The notes under the pieces were generated by a model. The model did no database searches. It saw nothing but the letters and a program-made list of their open reading frames with translations, and was not told the DNA's origin. A stretch of DNA of 64,000 nucleotides from an uncultured candidate division Zixibacteria bacterium (GTDB taxonomy: Bacteria; Zixibacteria; MSB-5A5; UBA10806): NCBI GenBank assembly GCA_963801605.1, contig CAWDFP010000006.1, forward strand, positions 128,001-192,000, given 5' to 3'. This document shows, piece by piece, positions 9,473 through 18,937 of the stretch (positions are counted from its first letter, which is position 1; each line of letters starts with the position of its first letter). Both the position numbers and the translations under genes were made by a program.

Positions 9473-10501
9473 TTATTTCCTCGAATGGCCGAGGCTCAGC
9501 CTTAAAACAGATATCCACCTCCTCTCGTCTCGTTTTGGCATTTGTCCGATCATCGCAGGAACCTCGATGTTCCTGCCGGACCGGCCCGGGTTTTTAGATT
9601 TATCCGCCTCAGTTATATTTGAACTATTACCAATTAAATCGCTGTTGCTTTGGGCCTGATCCCAGACAGTTTGAAATAGAATTTTCAAGCCTTTTGCCAG
9701 GCTGCTGTGTTCGATAACCTGGGTGGTAGTGGATGGCTTGTGCAGCAGAGGATCTTCGAGAGTGAAGACCACGACCTTTTCATCGAATATCATCATTTTA
9801 ATGGGGATTTGCTCAATGACGCGAGCCTCCTCACCGGCGCCGGACGCCAGAGTGATATATTCGTACAGCCATTTGCGCTGATCATCGTTTTTAGGAATCT
9901 CATAAACGCATTTGCTTATAACGCCTTTCTTGAGGGATTCTTTCTCCAGATCGATCTGCTGAAGGATGATATCGCGATCTTCGAGGCGAGGCGGTTTGGA
10001 TAAAACCAGCACCTCGCGTTCGGCGGAATCAATCAGCTGGCAGATTCTATTTTGAAGCTGGTTGGTTTCTTTGATGATTTCGATATATTCAAGAGGATCG
10101 TTCTCGGAGCGGCTGGCCTCATAGAGAGGAGTAAGCTTTTTTACCAGGCCATCGGCGGATTTTATTTTGGAGCCGAGCTCCTCCTCTTTGGCCTTGATCT
10201 CTTCGCGCAGCTTATCGAGTTTCATCTCGAGCTTTTCGCGTTCCATCTGAATAAAGATATCTTTAAGAGCCGAGGGGCTGACGGCGCTGTATTTTTTTAC
10301 CTTACCGGGGATAGTATGGCAGAATCCGCGGGAGGTTAGGTTCTCAAGCGTTTCATAAACCTTAGCACGGGGAATGCCGGCGATACGGGAGACTTCGACA
10401 GCGGTCAGACGATTTCGTTCCAAAAGCGATAGATAGCTTTTAGCCTCATAGCTGTTGAGGCCGAACTTATCGAAGTCTTTGAGGATTAACTTAGGTTGCA
10501 C
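9473..10501 (-). CDS. TrmB-family transcriptional regulator
   Basis: GLNSYEAKSYLSLL...AVEVSRIAGIPRAKVYETLENL HTH, coiled coil, effector domain with AEREVLV and KMMIFDEK. Confidence 0.9.
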   Translation of the reverse strand: MQPKLILKDFDKFGLNSYEAKSYLSLLERNRLTAVEVSRIAGIPRAKVYETLENLTSRGFCHTIPGKVKKYSAVSPSALKDIFIQMEREKLEMKLDKLREEIKAKEEELGSKIKSADGLVKKLTPLYEASRSENDPLEYIEIIKETNQLQNRICQLIDSAEREVLVLSKPPRLEDRDIILQQIDLEKESLKKGVISKCVYEIPKNDDQRKWLYEYITLASGAGEEARVIEQIPIKMMIFDEKVVVFTLEDPLLHKPSTTTQVIEHSSLAKGLKILFQTVWDQAQSNSDLIGNSSNITEADKSKNPGRSGRNIEVPAMIGQMPKRDERRWISVLRLSLGHSRK

Positions 10502-10569
10502 AGATACCTTCTTTTTGCATCTCGCAATGCGAGGAGGTCAGGGGTGTTGGCTCTTCTTTTTCCAACTAC

Positions 10570-10638
10570 TACTACTACTTATTATTTTGCGGTAGTAGTA
10601 ACTGACCAGAAGATATAGATGACCTCAAATATTGTCAA
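10570..10638 (-). promoter_or_regulatory. Promoter and candidate operator of the TrmB-family gene
   Basis: TTGACA(10638-10633)-N17-TATCTT(10615-10610); just downstream a perfect inverted repeat TACTACTAC-N13-GTAGTAGTA (10570-10600). Confidence 0.6.
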
Positions 10639-10784
10639 GAAAAAAATAGAGTGATTTTAAAGATTTTTTATGGAGGCCATGATTAATTCGCATATCTCGT
10701 TGATAATTAATGGATTGCGGAATAAATTACAAGGTGGGCAGGAGATGATTGGCGCTAAATATGAGAAAAAAGTAACAAGGGGTG

Positions 10785-11120
10785 AGCATGGCATTTGAGG
10801 ACGCATGCCACGCACTCGAAACATAATAATGTTAATTTATTTGAGTCGTCTTAAATTCCTATCGATTTCCGCAAGGCCGTTTTCGCCCAGAATCCAGTCT
10901 TTTGAGCTGGAGTATTTTCAATATTGAAATGTTTTGCGTAAATGATGTTTCATCCAATTGAATTGCCGCCAAGCAGCTGCTTGATCAATGGAAAATACCG
11001 GAAGGCAATTAAGGCAAGCGGTGGTAATGAAGGCGTGGCCGGGGCCATAAAGATCATTGGTTCTTGTGACATAATATTATAGTGACTCGTGTGCATGACA
11101 TATGTCCCCATGCGCCATGC
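10785..11120 (-). mobile_element. Degenerate REP-associated tyrosine transposase (RAYT/Y1) remnant flanked by inverted REP copies
   Basis: Minus-strand frame ~11058-10837 reads NDLYGPGHAFITTACLNCLPVFS...*KYSSSKDWILGENGLAEIDRNLRRLK*: RAYT-like N- and C-termini with the HUH core missing. Flanks 10785-10819 and 11087-11120 are inverted copies of one palindrome family. Confidence 0.6.
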
Positions 11121-11182
11121 AATTTAAAAAGAAAGAAACAAAATTAATCACGAAAATTCCAAAAATATCGGCACCCTGAAAA

Positions 11183-11256
11183 GTCAAAGACCGCAGGGTC
11201 TAGACCTACTAATCTTGGCATGGTGATCGGTGCAGGGTACGGAGACCCTGCACCAC
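11183..11256. repeat. REP-like palindrome cluster
   Basis: GTCAAAGACCGCAGGGTCTAGACCTAC (family also at 28497) and GGTGCAGGGTACGGAGACCCTGCACCAC (near-identical at 17238). Confidence 0.75.
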
Positions 11257-11311
11257 AGGGAACAAGAGCGGACAGCCGAGGGCATTTGCCGCCCATATCT
11301 TCAAAAAAATC

Positions 11312-11340
11312 GGTAACTGAGGGGGCATCTTTTTCGTATG
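11312..11340 (+). promoter_or_regulatory. Putative ECF-sigma promoter of the ABC exporter operon
   Basis: GGTAAC-N17-CGTATG; same AAC-N17-CGT geometry as upstream of the ECF gene at 18353. Confidence 0.45.
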
Positions 11341-11383
11341 ATTAAAGTGTGTCGGAACTCTATTTGCCTAAGGAGCCTACCTG

Positions 11384-12466
11384 ATGAAAAAATTTATCAT
11401 AATCGGAATTATCGTAATCGTGGCCGGAGCCGGGGCCTACTGGGCGTTTGGCTCATCTAAAGATAAGAAAAACGGCGTTAAGTTAGTCGAGGTCACCCGC
11501 GGAACCATTGTCGATAAGGCCCTGGCTATCGGACGGCTGGAGCCGCGGCAAGAGGTGCAGGTCAAATCGAAAATCTCCGGTATCGTGACCAAGCTTCATG
11601 CCGATGTCGGCGATGTAGTCAAGGCCGGAGCGCCACTTATTACAATAGCCCCGAATCCCACGCCGTTAGAATTCTCCGAGGCCAAGCGTTCGCTCGAAAT
11701 GGCGATGGTCGATACCGACAACGCTCAGACCATTTTCCAGCGAACCAAAGAAATGTACGACAAGAAGCTCATCAGCCAGGCCGATTACGACCGCAGTAAA
11801 ATCGAACTCTCGCAATCGCAGCTTCGGTTACGCATGGCGCAGGAAAAACTCGATCTGCTCCAAAAGGGTGTAACATCCGACGGCGAGAACCAGAATACAA
11901 TCCTCTCCCCTATCGATGGCACAATCCTCGAAAAGCTGGTGAACGAAGGCGATCCGGTGGTGCCGCTGACATCCTACCAGGCCGGCACACCGCTGATGAC
12001 AATGGCTCCGATGGAGAATTTAGTATTCAAAGGTACAGTTGATGAAATCGATGTCGGCAAGCTTTCCGAGGGGATGCCGGTTGATCTTAAAATAGGAGCG
12101 TTGCCAAACGAGAAGCTGGCGGGAAGGCTTTCAAAGATTTCCCCCAAAGCCAAAAAACAGGATAATACCACGCTGTTCGATTTAGAGGTTGAGATTGCAG
12201 ATTCGACCAAGAAGGATCTTCGCGCCGGATACTCCGCCAATGCCGAGGTAATCATCAGCAAAAAGGATAGTGTCCTGATGGTTCCGGAGCGGCTGGTGAC
12301 ATTTATGGGAGACAGCGCCAAAGTCGAGGTGCAGGATTCGTCCAGCGGTAAAGCAAGTTTCAAGAATATCAAGGTGGGGCTTTCGGACGGATTGAATATT
12401 GAAGTCGTCGACGGGCTTTCCAAAGGAGATAAGATCGTCGAGCGGCCGCCCAAGGAGATCGAATAG
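11384..12466 (+). CDS. Efflux membrane-fusion/periplasmic adaptor subunit (MacA/YknX-like)
   Basis: N-terminal TM, VKSKISGIV and ILSPIDGTIL lipoyl halves, alpha hairpin, VDEIDVGKL, VGLSDG. Confidence 0.92.
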   Translation: MKKFIIIGIIVIVAGAGAYWAFGSSKDKKNGVKLVEVTRGTIVDKALAIGRLEPRQEVQVKSKISGIVTKLHADVGDVVKAGAPLITIAPNPTPLEFSEAKRSLEMAMVDTDNAQTIFQRTKEMYDKKLISQADYDRSKIELSQSQLRLRMAQEKLDLLQKGVTSDGENQNTILSPIDGTILEKLVNEGDPVVPLTSYQAGTPLMTMAPMENLVFKGTVDEIDVGKLSEGMPVDLKIGALPNEKLAGRLSKISPKAKKQDNTTLFDLEVEIADSTKKDLRAGYSANAEVIISKKDSVLMVPERLVTFMGDSAKVEVQDSSSGKASFKNIKVGLSDGLNIEVVDGLSKGDKIVERPPKEIE

Positions 12467-13699
12467 TTGAAAGCTCTAATCATATTAAAGCAGTTTATGC
12501 ATGATATCAAGAAGCAGAAACTGCGAACTTTTCTAACCACGTTCGGAATTATCTGGGGGACGGCGGCTACTGTTATTCTGGTGGCATTTGGTGAAGGGAT
12601 GTACCGCTATCAAAACAAACAGTTTCTCGGGCTGGGCGAAAAACTGGTGATCATGTGGGGCGGACGAACATCGATACCTTTCAAGGGCCTGCCCAAAAAC
12701 CGTTATATCCGATTCACAGATGACGATATCGCTCTCCTGAAAAAGGAGATTCCCGAAATTACGGCAGCGTCACCGGAATACAGCGGTCAGGCCAAAATGA
12801 CCTATCACAAGAAAACAATTTCGCAGAATGTAATTGGAGTTAAGCCGGAATGGGGCCTGGCGCGGAATATGATTCCGGAGGCCGGAGGCAGGTTTTTGGA
12901 CGAGATCGATCTTCAATATCGTAAAAGGGTTGTGTTCTTAGGCAACGATATCAGAAATGATCTGTTCGGAGAGGGCGTTAATCCGGTTGGGCAGTACGTA
13001 ACTATGAACGGGGCACCCTTTGTAGTGATAGGAGTGCTCAAAGAAAAATCGCAGAACTCGTCATACCGCGGGCGCGATGGCCGCAAAGTGTATATACCAT
13101 CGGATACGTTCAAAGCTATCTGGGGGCATACTCATCCGGAGAATCTGATATTTCAGATTTCCAATCCGGCGCATTCCAAAGCCGTTGAAAAGGAAGTCTT
13201 CAAGGTTTTAGGGCGGAAATATAGTTTCGATCCCAACGACGAGCAGGCTCTCTGGGTCTGGAACACGATGGAGAGCCTTAAGGAATGGATTCCCTTTTTC
13301 CAGGGGTTGAAGATTTTCCTGGGAATAATCGGAGTATTCACGCTTATGGTTGGCGGAATCGGAACCGCTAATATCATGTATGTGGTGGTAAAGGAGCGGA
13401 CCCGCGAGATCGGAGTCAAGATGGCGCTGGGAGCGACCCGCATCCATATCATGACGCAGATAATTGTAGAGTCGCTTCTGATCACAACTATCGGTGGAAT
13501 TTTAGGATTTATAATCGCCAAACTATTCGAGGCCGGATTTCCTCTACTCAAGCTTGGGGAATATGTGGGCGATCCGATTATAGCATCCAACTCCGTTTTT
13601 ATTTCCGCGGGTATAATTGGGACTATCGGTCTGATTGCGGGATTTTTCCCGGCCCGTCGGGCGGCGCACCTTAATCCCGTTGAGGCTTTGAGGATGTAA
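12467..13699 (+). CDS. ABC transporter permease (MacB/FtsX family)
   Basis: LRTFLTTFGIIWG, GGIGTANIMYVVVKERTREIGVKMALGA, PARRAAHLNPVEALR. Confidence 0.92.
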   Translation: MKALIILKQFMHDIKKQKLRTFLTTFGIIWGTAATVILVAFGEGMYRYQNKQFLGLGEKLVIMWGGRTSIPFKGLPKNRYIRFTDDDIALLKKEIPEITAASPEYSGQAKMTYHKKTISQNVIGVKPEWGLARNMIPEAGGRFLDEIDLQYRKRVVFLGNDIRNDLFGEGVNPVGQYVTMNGAPFVVIGVLKEKSQNSSYRGRDGRKVYIPSDTFKAIWGHTHPENLIFQISNPAHSKAVEKEVFKVLGRKYSFDPNDEQALWVWNTMESLKEWIPFFQGLKIFLGIIGVFTLMVGGIGTANIMYVVVKERTREIGVKMALGATRIHIMTQIIVESLLITTIGGILGFIIAKLFEAGFPLLKLGEYVGDPIIASNSVFISAGIIGTIGLIAGFFPARRAAHLNPVEALRM

Positions 13700-13762
13700 G
13701 GGATGTTAAAAGTGTATTTTAGAGTCGGATACAATATTTATCAATGAGGATTGAGATCTAGT

Positions 13763-13790
13763 GCAGGGGCGTATAGCAATACGCCCCTAC
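13763..13790. repeat. REP-like palindrome (GTAGGGGCG family)
   Basis: GCAGGGGCGTATAGCAATACGCCCCTAC; perfect version at 27169-27196. Confidence 0.8.
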
Positions 13791-13835
13791 ATAAAAAAAG
13801 TAATAATATTAACTGGAATCTAACCACGATATAAG

Positions 13836-15095
13836 ATGAAATTATTCATTTACAAAATCCTGCTTTTCCTCAAAGTTATGTTTCGGGAGTTCAAGGCCCA
13901 GAAGCTTCGAATGGCATTGACCATTCTTGGCATTACCTGGGGCACAATTGCAATTACACTTTTGATGGCGTTCAGCGTGGGAATAGAGCGTCAGATGACC
14001 AAAGCCAATGCCGGTATGGGACAGGGAATCATTGTCATGTGGCCGGGGCAAACCACAATTCCGTTCCAGGGACTTCCCCAGGGACGGGTGCTTCATTTTG
14101 TACCGGATGATATGCCTCTCCTAAAAGAACGTGTGGCGGGAATCGATAAAATTTCCGGCGAGTATCAGCGTTGGGGATTGACTTTCGAATATGGCAAGAA
14201 ACAGGTAAATAAGCTTGTCAGCGGCGTATATCCTGATTTCAGGGATATGCGGGCGCATTTTCCGCAAATGGGCGGAAGATTTATCGACCAGGTGGATATT
14301 GACTCAAAGCGGCGGGTGATATTTCTGGGATCGAAGGTGGCTGATGAATTGTTTGGCGAAACTGATCCTGTCGGCAAGATGATAATGGTCAACGGAATTC
14401 CTTTCGATGTTATCGGCGTGATGATAAAAAAATCGCAGGATTCCAGCTATCATGGGTCGGATGAAGATTACGCCGTTATTCCGGCCACTACCTTTGTCGC
14501 GCTATACGGCGATCCGTATTACGATAACATGGTTTATTCGCTGAAGCCTAATGTTGATTCCAAGGCGGTTCGAAACGATATTCTTCGGGTTCTGGGTGGA
14601 AAATACAGGTTCGATCCCAAAGATACGCATGCGCTCTGGTTCTGGGACATGGTCGAGCAAGCCGAGACTCAGCGCAAGATATTTGTGGGGATCAATATAT
14701 TCATGTGGTTTATCGGCGGTATGACACTGGTAATTGCCGGAGTGGGAGTGGCCAATATTATGTATGTGGCCATTCGCGAGAGGACTCGCGAGATCGGCAC
14801 TAAGATGGCGCTGGGGGCCAAGCGGGGCCATCTGATGTTCCAGTTCATGACGGAAGCGATGTTTATTTCTTTAGTTGGAGGATTTCTGGGAATCGTAATC
14901 AGCATGGGGGTGGCGCGGGCTTTCTGGCTTATCCCGATGAAAGGAGCGATGGCTTTCATGGGTAAACCGCTGGTAAATATGCCTGTAGCCATTATAACGG
15001 TGATCACCCTTTCCCTGATAGGCTTTCTTTCGGGCTATTTCCCGGCTCGCAAGGCGGCCTCGATTAATCCGGTGGAGGCTCTGAGATACGAATGA
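13836..15095 (+). CDS. Second ABC transporter permease (MacB/FtsX family)
   Basis: Paralogous motifs GVGVANIMYVAIRERTREIG and PARKAASINPVEALRYE. Confidence 0.92.
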   Translation: MKLFIYKILLFLKVMFREFKAQKLRMALTILGITWGTIAITLLMAFSVGIERQMTKANAGMGQGIIVMWPGQTTIPFQGLPQGRVLHFVPDDMPLLKERVAGIDKISGEYQRWGLTFEYGKKQVNKLVSGVYPDFRDMRAHFPQMGGRFIDQVDIDSKRRVIFLGSKVADELFGETDPVGKMIMVNGIPFDVIGVMIKKSQDSSYHGSDEDYAVIPATTFVALYGDPYYDNMVYSLKPNVDSKAVRNDILRVLGGKYRFDPKDTHALWFWDMVEQAETQRKIFVGINIFMWFIGGMTLVIAGVGVANIMYVAIRERTREIGTKMALGAKRGHLMFQFMTEAMFISLVGGFLGIVISMGVARAFWLIPMKGAMAFMGKPLVNMPVAIITVITLSLIGFLSGYFPARKAASINPVEALRYE

Positions 15096-15790
15096 CATCA
15101 AACGGCACACTTATTTCAATGAAGGACATTTACAAGGTTTATAAAACCGGTAAAATTCAGTTGGAGGCCTTAAAGGGAGTCTGTCTCGATATCGCCCGCG
15201 GTGAATTTGTGGCGATTATCGGGCCGTCGGGATCGGGCAAATCAACTCTGATGAATATCATGGGATGTTTGGATATGCCGACAACGGGGAGCTATCATCT
15301 CGATGGCCAGGCGGTGGCGGAGATGAATATCAACGAGTTGGCTGCGATTCGAAATCAGAAGATCGGGTTTATCTTTCAGAATTTTAATCTCTTGCCGTAT
15401 GCCACGACTTTCGAGAATGTTGAGCTGCCGCTGATATTTGCAGGCAAACCGGGCGCTTTTAGAAGAAAGAAATCGCTGGAATGTTTGGAACGGGTGGGAT
15501 TGGTCGATTGGGCCGAGCATAAGCCGACCGAGCTATCAGGGGGACAGATGCAGCGAGTGGCGATTGCACGTTCTCTGGCCAATGATCCGGATATCATTTT
15601 AGCTGACGAACCGACCGGCAATCTCGATTCCAAATCGGGCAGCGAGATTATCGATATATTTGAGGAGCTTAATAAGGCCGGATGTTCGGTGGTAACAATC
15701 ACGCATGATATGACGATTGCGGCCAGATGCCATCGTACGGTTAAGATCATGGATGGACAGATAGAATCAGTGATGCACAACGGGAATTAG
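15092..15790 (+). CDS. ABC transporter ATP-binding protein (LolD/MacB type)
   Basis: [32 protein letters not shown]. Confidence 0.95.
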   Translation: MTSNGTLISMKDIYKVYKTGKIQLEALKGVCLDIARGEFVAIIGPSGSGKSTLMNIMGCLDMPTTGSYHLDGQAVAEMNINELAAIRNQKIGFIFQNFNLLPYATTFENVELPLIFAGKPGAFRRKKSLECLERVGLVDWAEHKPTELSGGQMQRVAIARSLANDPDIILADEPTGNLDSKSGSEIIDIFEELNKAGCSVVTITHDMTIAARCHRTVKIMDGQIESVMHNGN

Positions 15791-15992
15791 GGGGCAATTC
15801 TTAATAACTCAAAGCGGTTGGGTCAGGTCTCGTGTCGTATTGACCGGGACCTGATCTTTTTTATTGTAAAAAGCATGGCATGTGAGGACATACGCCAGAC
15901 ACTATAATGCAATAAGGGAGCGTCGGGCCTTGGACCTGGCGCCACCAATATTTATCCTTGTTTCCGCCAATGTTACCTTATACTTTATTGCT

Positions 15993-17145
15993 ATGAACGA
16001 ACAGGACAGACCGCGAGCAGGTCTATATATTCATGTGCCGTTTTGCGGACGGAAATGCTTGTACTGCGATTTTTATTCCAAGGTCCCCAAAGCGGGTGAA
16101 ATGGAAGCTTATATCGATGCGCTGGGGGTTGAGGCCAAGCTGCGGGCAAAGGACGGTTACGATAGATTCATCTTTGACAGCGTCTTCTTAGGCGGCGGGA
16201 CACCATCGCTATTAAGTGTCAATCTGCTCAAAGGACTTTACAGGCATATCAGAGCGAATTATAAGGTTGACCCCAAAGCTGAAGTAACAATTGAGTGCAA
16301 CCCATCATCGATCCAAAATGAGCTTCTGGGAGTTTATAAGGAGCTCCGCGTCAACCGCATCTCGCTCGGTGTGCAGAGTTTCAATGACAAGCATCTCGAA
16401 AAGCTGGGACGGTTGCACGACAGCGCCGAGGCGAAAGCGTCGTTCAGGGAAATTCGTCTGGCGGGTTTCGAGAATATCAGTATCGATTTGATATATGGGC
16501 TGCCCAACCAGACGATCGAAGAGTGGCGCGCTGATCTGGCACAAACGATCAGCCTGGGGCCGACTCATATTTCGGCTTACAATCTCATAATCGAACCTGG
16601 CACGCATTTTGGCAAGCTTTACGCCCAGGGCAAGTTAGAGTTGCCATCGGAAGAGATTCAGGGCGAGATGTATGAGGCCTTAAATAACGATCTCGGCGTG
16701 GCGGGATATATGCGCTACGAGCTTTCCAATTTTGCCAGGCCCGGTTTTGAATGTCAGCATAATCTTAAATACTGGAGGCTGGAGCCGTTTCTGGGACTGG
16801 GGCCATCGGCAGTATCGTTCGATGGCGAAAAGCGCACCAGGAACGAAGCCAATCTCGATTCATATTTGAAAGCGGCATCCGACAAGAAAAATCCTCCCGC
16901 ATGAGGATGAGATGCTCGGCCCGGAGAAGCTTCGCGAAGAGGCAATCATGATGGGCCTGAGGTTGACCGAGGGGCTATCAATCTCGGAGATGCGGGAGCG
17001 ATTCGGTTATGATATCCTTCAAGATAAAGCCGATGTTATAAAATCGTTGACCCAAAATGGCTATCTGATATTAGAGACTGACCATTTGAAACTCGCCCCC
17101 AAATCGCTGTTTATATCTGATGAAGTGATTGTGAGGTTGATATAG
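15993..17145 (+). CDS. hemW: Radical SAM heme chaperone HemW (frameshift near 16900)
   Basis: LYIHVPFCGRKCLYCDF, GGGTPS, RISLGVQSF, YELSNFA, HNLKYW; the C-terminal domain (MGLRLTEG) continues in ORF 16912-17145. Confidence 0.85.
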
Positions 17146-17149
17146 TATC

Positions 17150-17265
17150 CGCAGGTCGCAGGCGACCTGCGCTACAAAGATTGTAGGTCGGGCGCCCTGG
17201 CGCCCGACTTTGTTTGACCGGGGTAAAAAGCTGCTGGGGTGCAGGGTGCGGAGACCCTGCACCAC
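17150..17265. repeat. BIME-like cluster of three REP palindromes between convergent genes
   Basis: CGCAGGTCGCAGGCGACCTGCGCTAC; GTAGGTCGGGCGCCCTGGCGCCCGAC; GGTGCAGGGTGCGGAGACCCTGCACCAC. Confidence 0.8.
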
Positions 17266-17295
17266 GCAAACGCAAGAACGCTCAATAAAAAATGA

Positions 17296-18011
17296 TTATG
17301 CTTCCACCTGCTTTATGTCGTCAACCTGCTCCTTGGGATCAAGCTCCAGCATGTGATGGGACTTTTCTTGCTTGGTGAGCAAATAGCGGGCATTGTATTC
17401 GTTCGGGGGGATGATAATCGGTATTCTGTCTGTAATGGTGATGCCAAGACTTACGAGCGCATTGATTTTTCTGGGATTATTGGTGATCAGTCTAATCGAT
17501 TTTATCTGTAGAGATTTTAGCATGTGCGCCGCGATGGCATAATCTCTTTCGTCATCCTTAAAGCCCAACCTGATATTGGCCTCCACAGTATCGGCGCCGG
17601 CATCCTGAAGCTGATAGGCTTTGATTTTGTTGATAAACCCGATGCCTCGTCCCTCTTGACGCAGATACAATAATACTCCCTCGTCCATCGCACCGATAAT
17701 CTTCATTGATTTTTCCAGTTGGTCCCGGCAATCGCATCTTAAGGAGCCGATGGCGTCCCCGGTCAGGCATTCAGAGTGCAGCCTGACTGCGACGTTCTCC
17801 TTGGAGGTAACATCGCCTCTGACGAAAGCGGCATGCTCTTTGCCATCCATGTTATTATAAAAGGCAACTACCTGAAAATGGCCAAATCTGCTTGGCAGAT
17901 CGCCGACAGCGACGATCTTTACGCAGATTCCTTTGATTCCCTTGCAACGAATGTATTCTCATTACATTTATAGATCAGTTCATCCGGACTTTGAGTTTTG
18001 GTATTGCGCAT
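17296..18011 (-). CDS. ribA: GTP cyclohydrolase II (true start upstream of the ORF-track start; probable frameshift near 17955)
   Basis: VRLHSECLTGDAIGSLRCDC, YLRQEGRGIG, LITNNPRK; the frame extends upstream through ICVKIVAVGDLPSRFGHFQVVAF. The ATG at 18011 is tentative. Confidence 0.88.
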
Positions 18012-18146
18012 ACAGTTTAAACTTACCGGCATTAATGATACAAGGTCCAGTAACAAATGGGAATCAAAAGTTAGAATGTTTCCCGGCAAAACAGTGAAAA
18101 TTCAGCATTCATTAATGTAGGTGAGGTAAGTATGGGGATGGGAGTA

Positions 18147-18343
18147 GGCGTGACATTTGAGGACAAACTGCCATGCACACGGAATTAAAAGGGTTCGGTG
18201 ATAGGCGCAGGGTGCGTAGGACCGCTGTCACAGTCGACGACAAATTTATCTTCTCGCTATACGCCCGTCGGCAGACAACCTGCGTCTACAGAAGATAATT
18301 CATAAGAGAATCTTTGCGGTCAGGTTCGGAGACCTGACGCCAC
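18147..18343. repeat. REP-like palindrome cluster
   Basis: GGCGTGACATTTGAGGACAAACTGCCATGCACACG (same family as the RAYT flanks) and GCGGTCAGGTTCGGAGACCTGACGCCAC, plus degenerate copies. Confidence 0.7.
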
Positions 18344-18352
18344 AGTAAAGGT

Positions 18353-18381
18353 TGCAACCCCCATCCCCCTTCAAGCGTCTT
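18353..18381 (+). promoter_or_regulatory. Putative autoregulatory ECF promoter (leaderless transcript)
   Basis: TGCAAC-N17-CGTCTT ending 7 nt before the GTG start; no SD. Confidence 0.55.
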
Positions 18382-18388
18382 ATGTACG

Positions 18389-18937
18389 GTGGACAGTAAA
18401 ATAGAGCTCTTTTGGACACTTCTTGAGGCCGAACACCCTAGGGCGGAGGCTTTCTGCAGAAGGCTGGCCGGCAACCGTCCCGATGGCGACGACCTCTACC
18501 AGGATTCGCTTTTGGCGGCCATGCGGAAGTTCGCAAGGCTGCGCAGCCGAACGGCATTCAGGCCGTGGCTCTACCGGATAATAGTCAACACTTTCGTCAG
18601 CGCCCGACGCGGCCCCTGGTGGAAAAAGCGAACCGAATTGACAACCGAGATACTTGAGACGCTCTCCGGAGCCGATCCGGGAAACGAGTACGCGGCCAGA
18701 CGGTGGCTCGAAATCGCCATGAAATCGCTTAGCCCGTCAGACCGCGCCCTGGTGACCCTGTTCGATCTTGAGGGCTGGAGCGTGACGGAACTGGCCATAC
18801 TGGAGGGCAAACCGGTTGGGACGATCAAATCCCGGCTGTCCCGCGCCAGGGGCAAGATGCGCCAGACAATCGCCAGGTATCTCACAAACGAAGTTCACGT
18901 GGAGAAAGAATATGCGTTGCCACAAAGCGAAAGCTAA
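18389..18937 (+). CDS. ECF RNA polymerase sigma factor
   Basis: DDLYQD, FRPWLYRIIVN (region 2), region 4 GKPVGTIKSRLSRAR. Confidence 0.92.
   Translation: MDSKIELFWTLLEAEHPRAEAFCRRLAGNRPDGDDLYQDSLLAAMRKFARLRSRTAFRPWLYRIIVNTFVSARRGPWWKKRTELTTEILETLSGADPGNEYAARRWLEIAMKSLSPSDRALVTLFDLEGWSVTELAILEGKPVGTIKSRLSRARGKMRQTIARYLTNEVHVEKEYALPQSES

Noticed and set aside
17150..18343. CRISPR array from recurring ~28-bp palindromes
   Set aside because: Copies are dispersed, of mixed families and orientations, lack regular spacers, and no cas genes are present.
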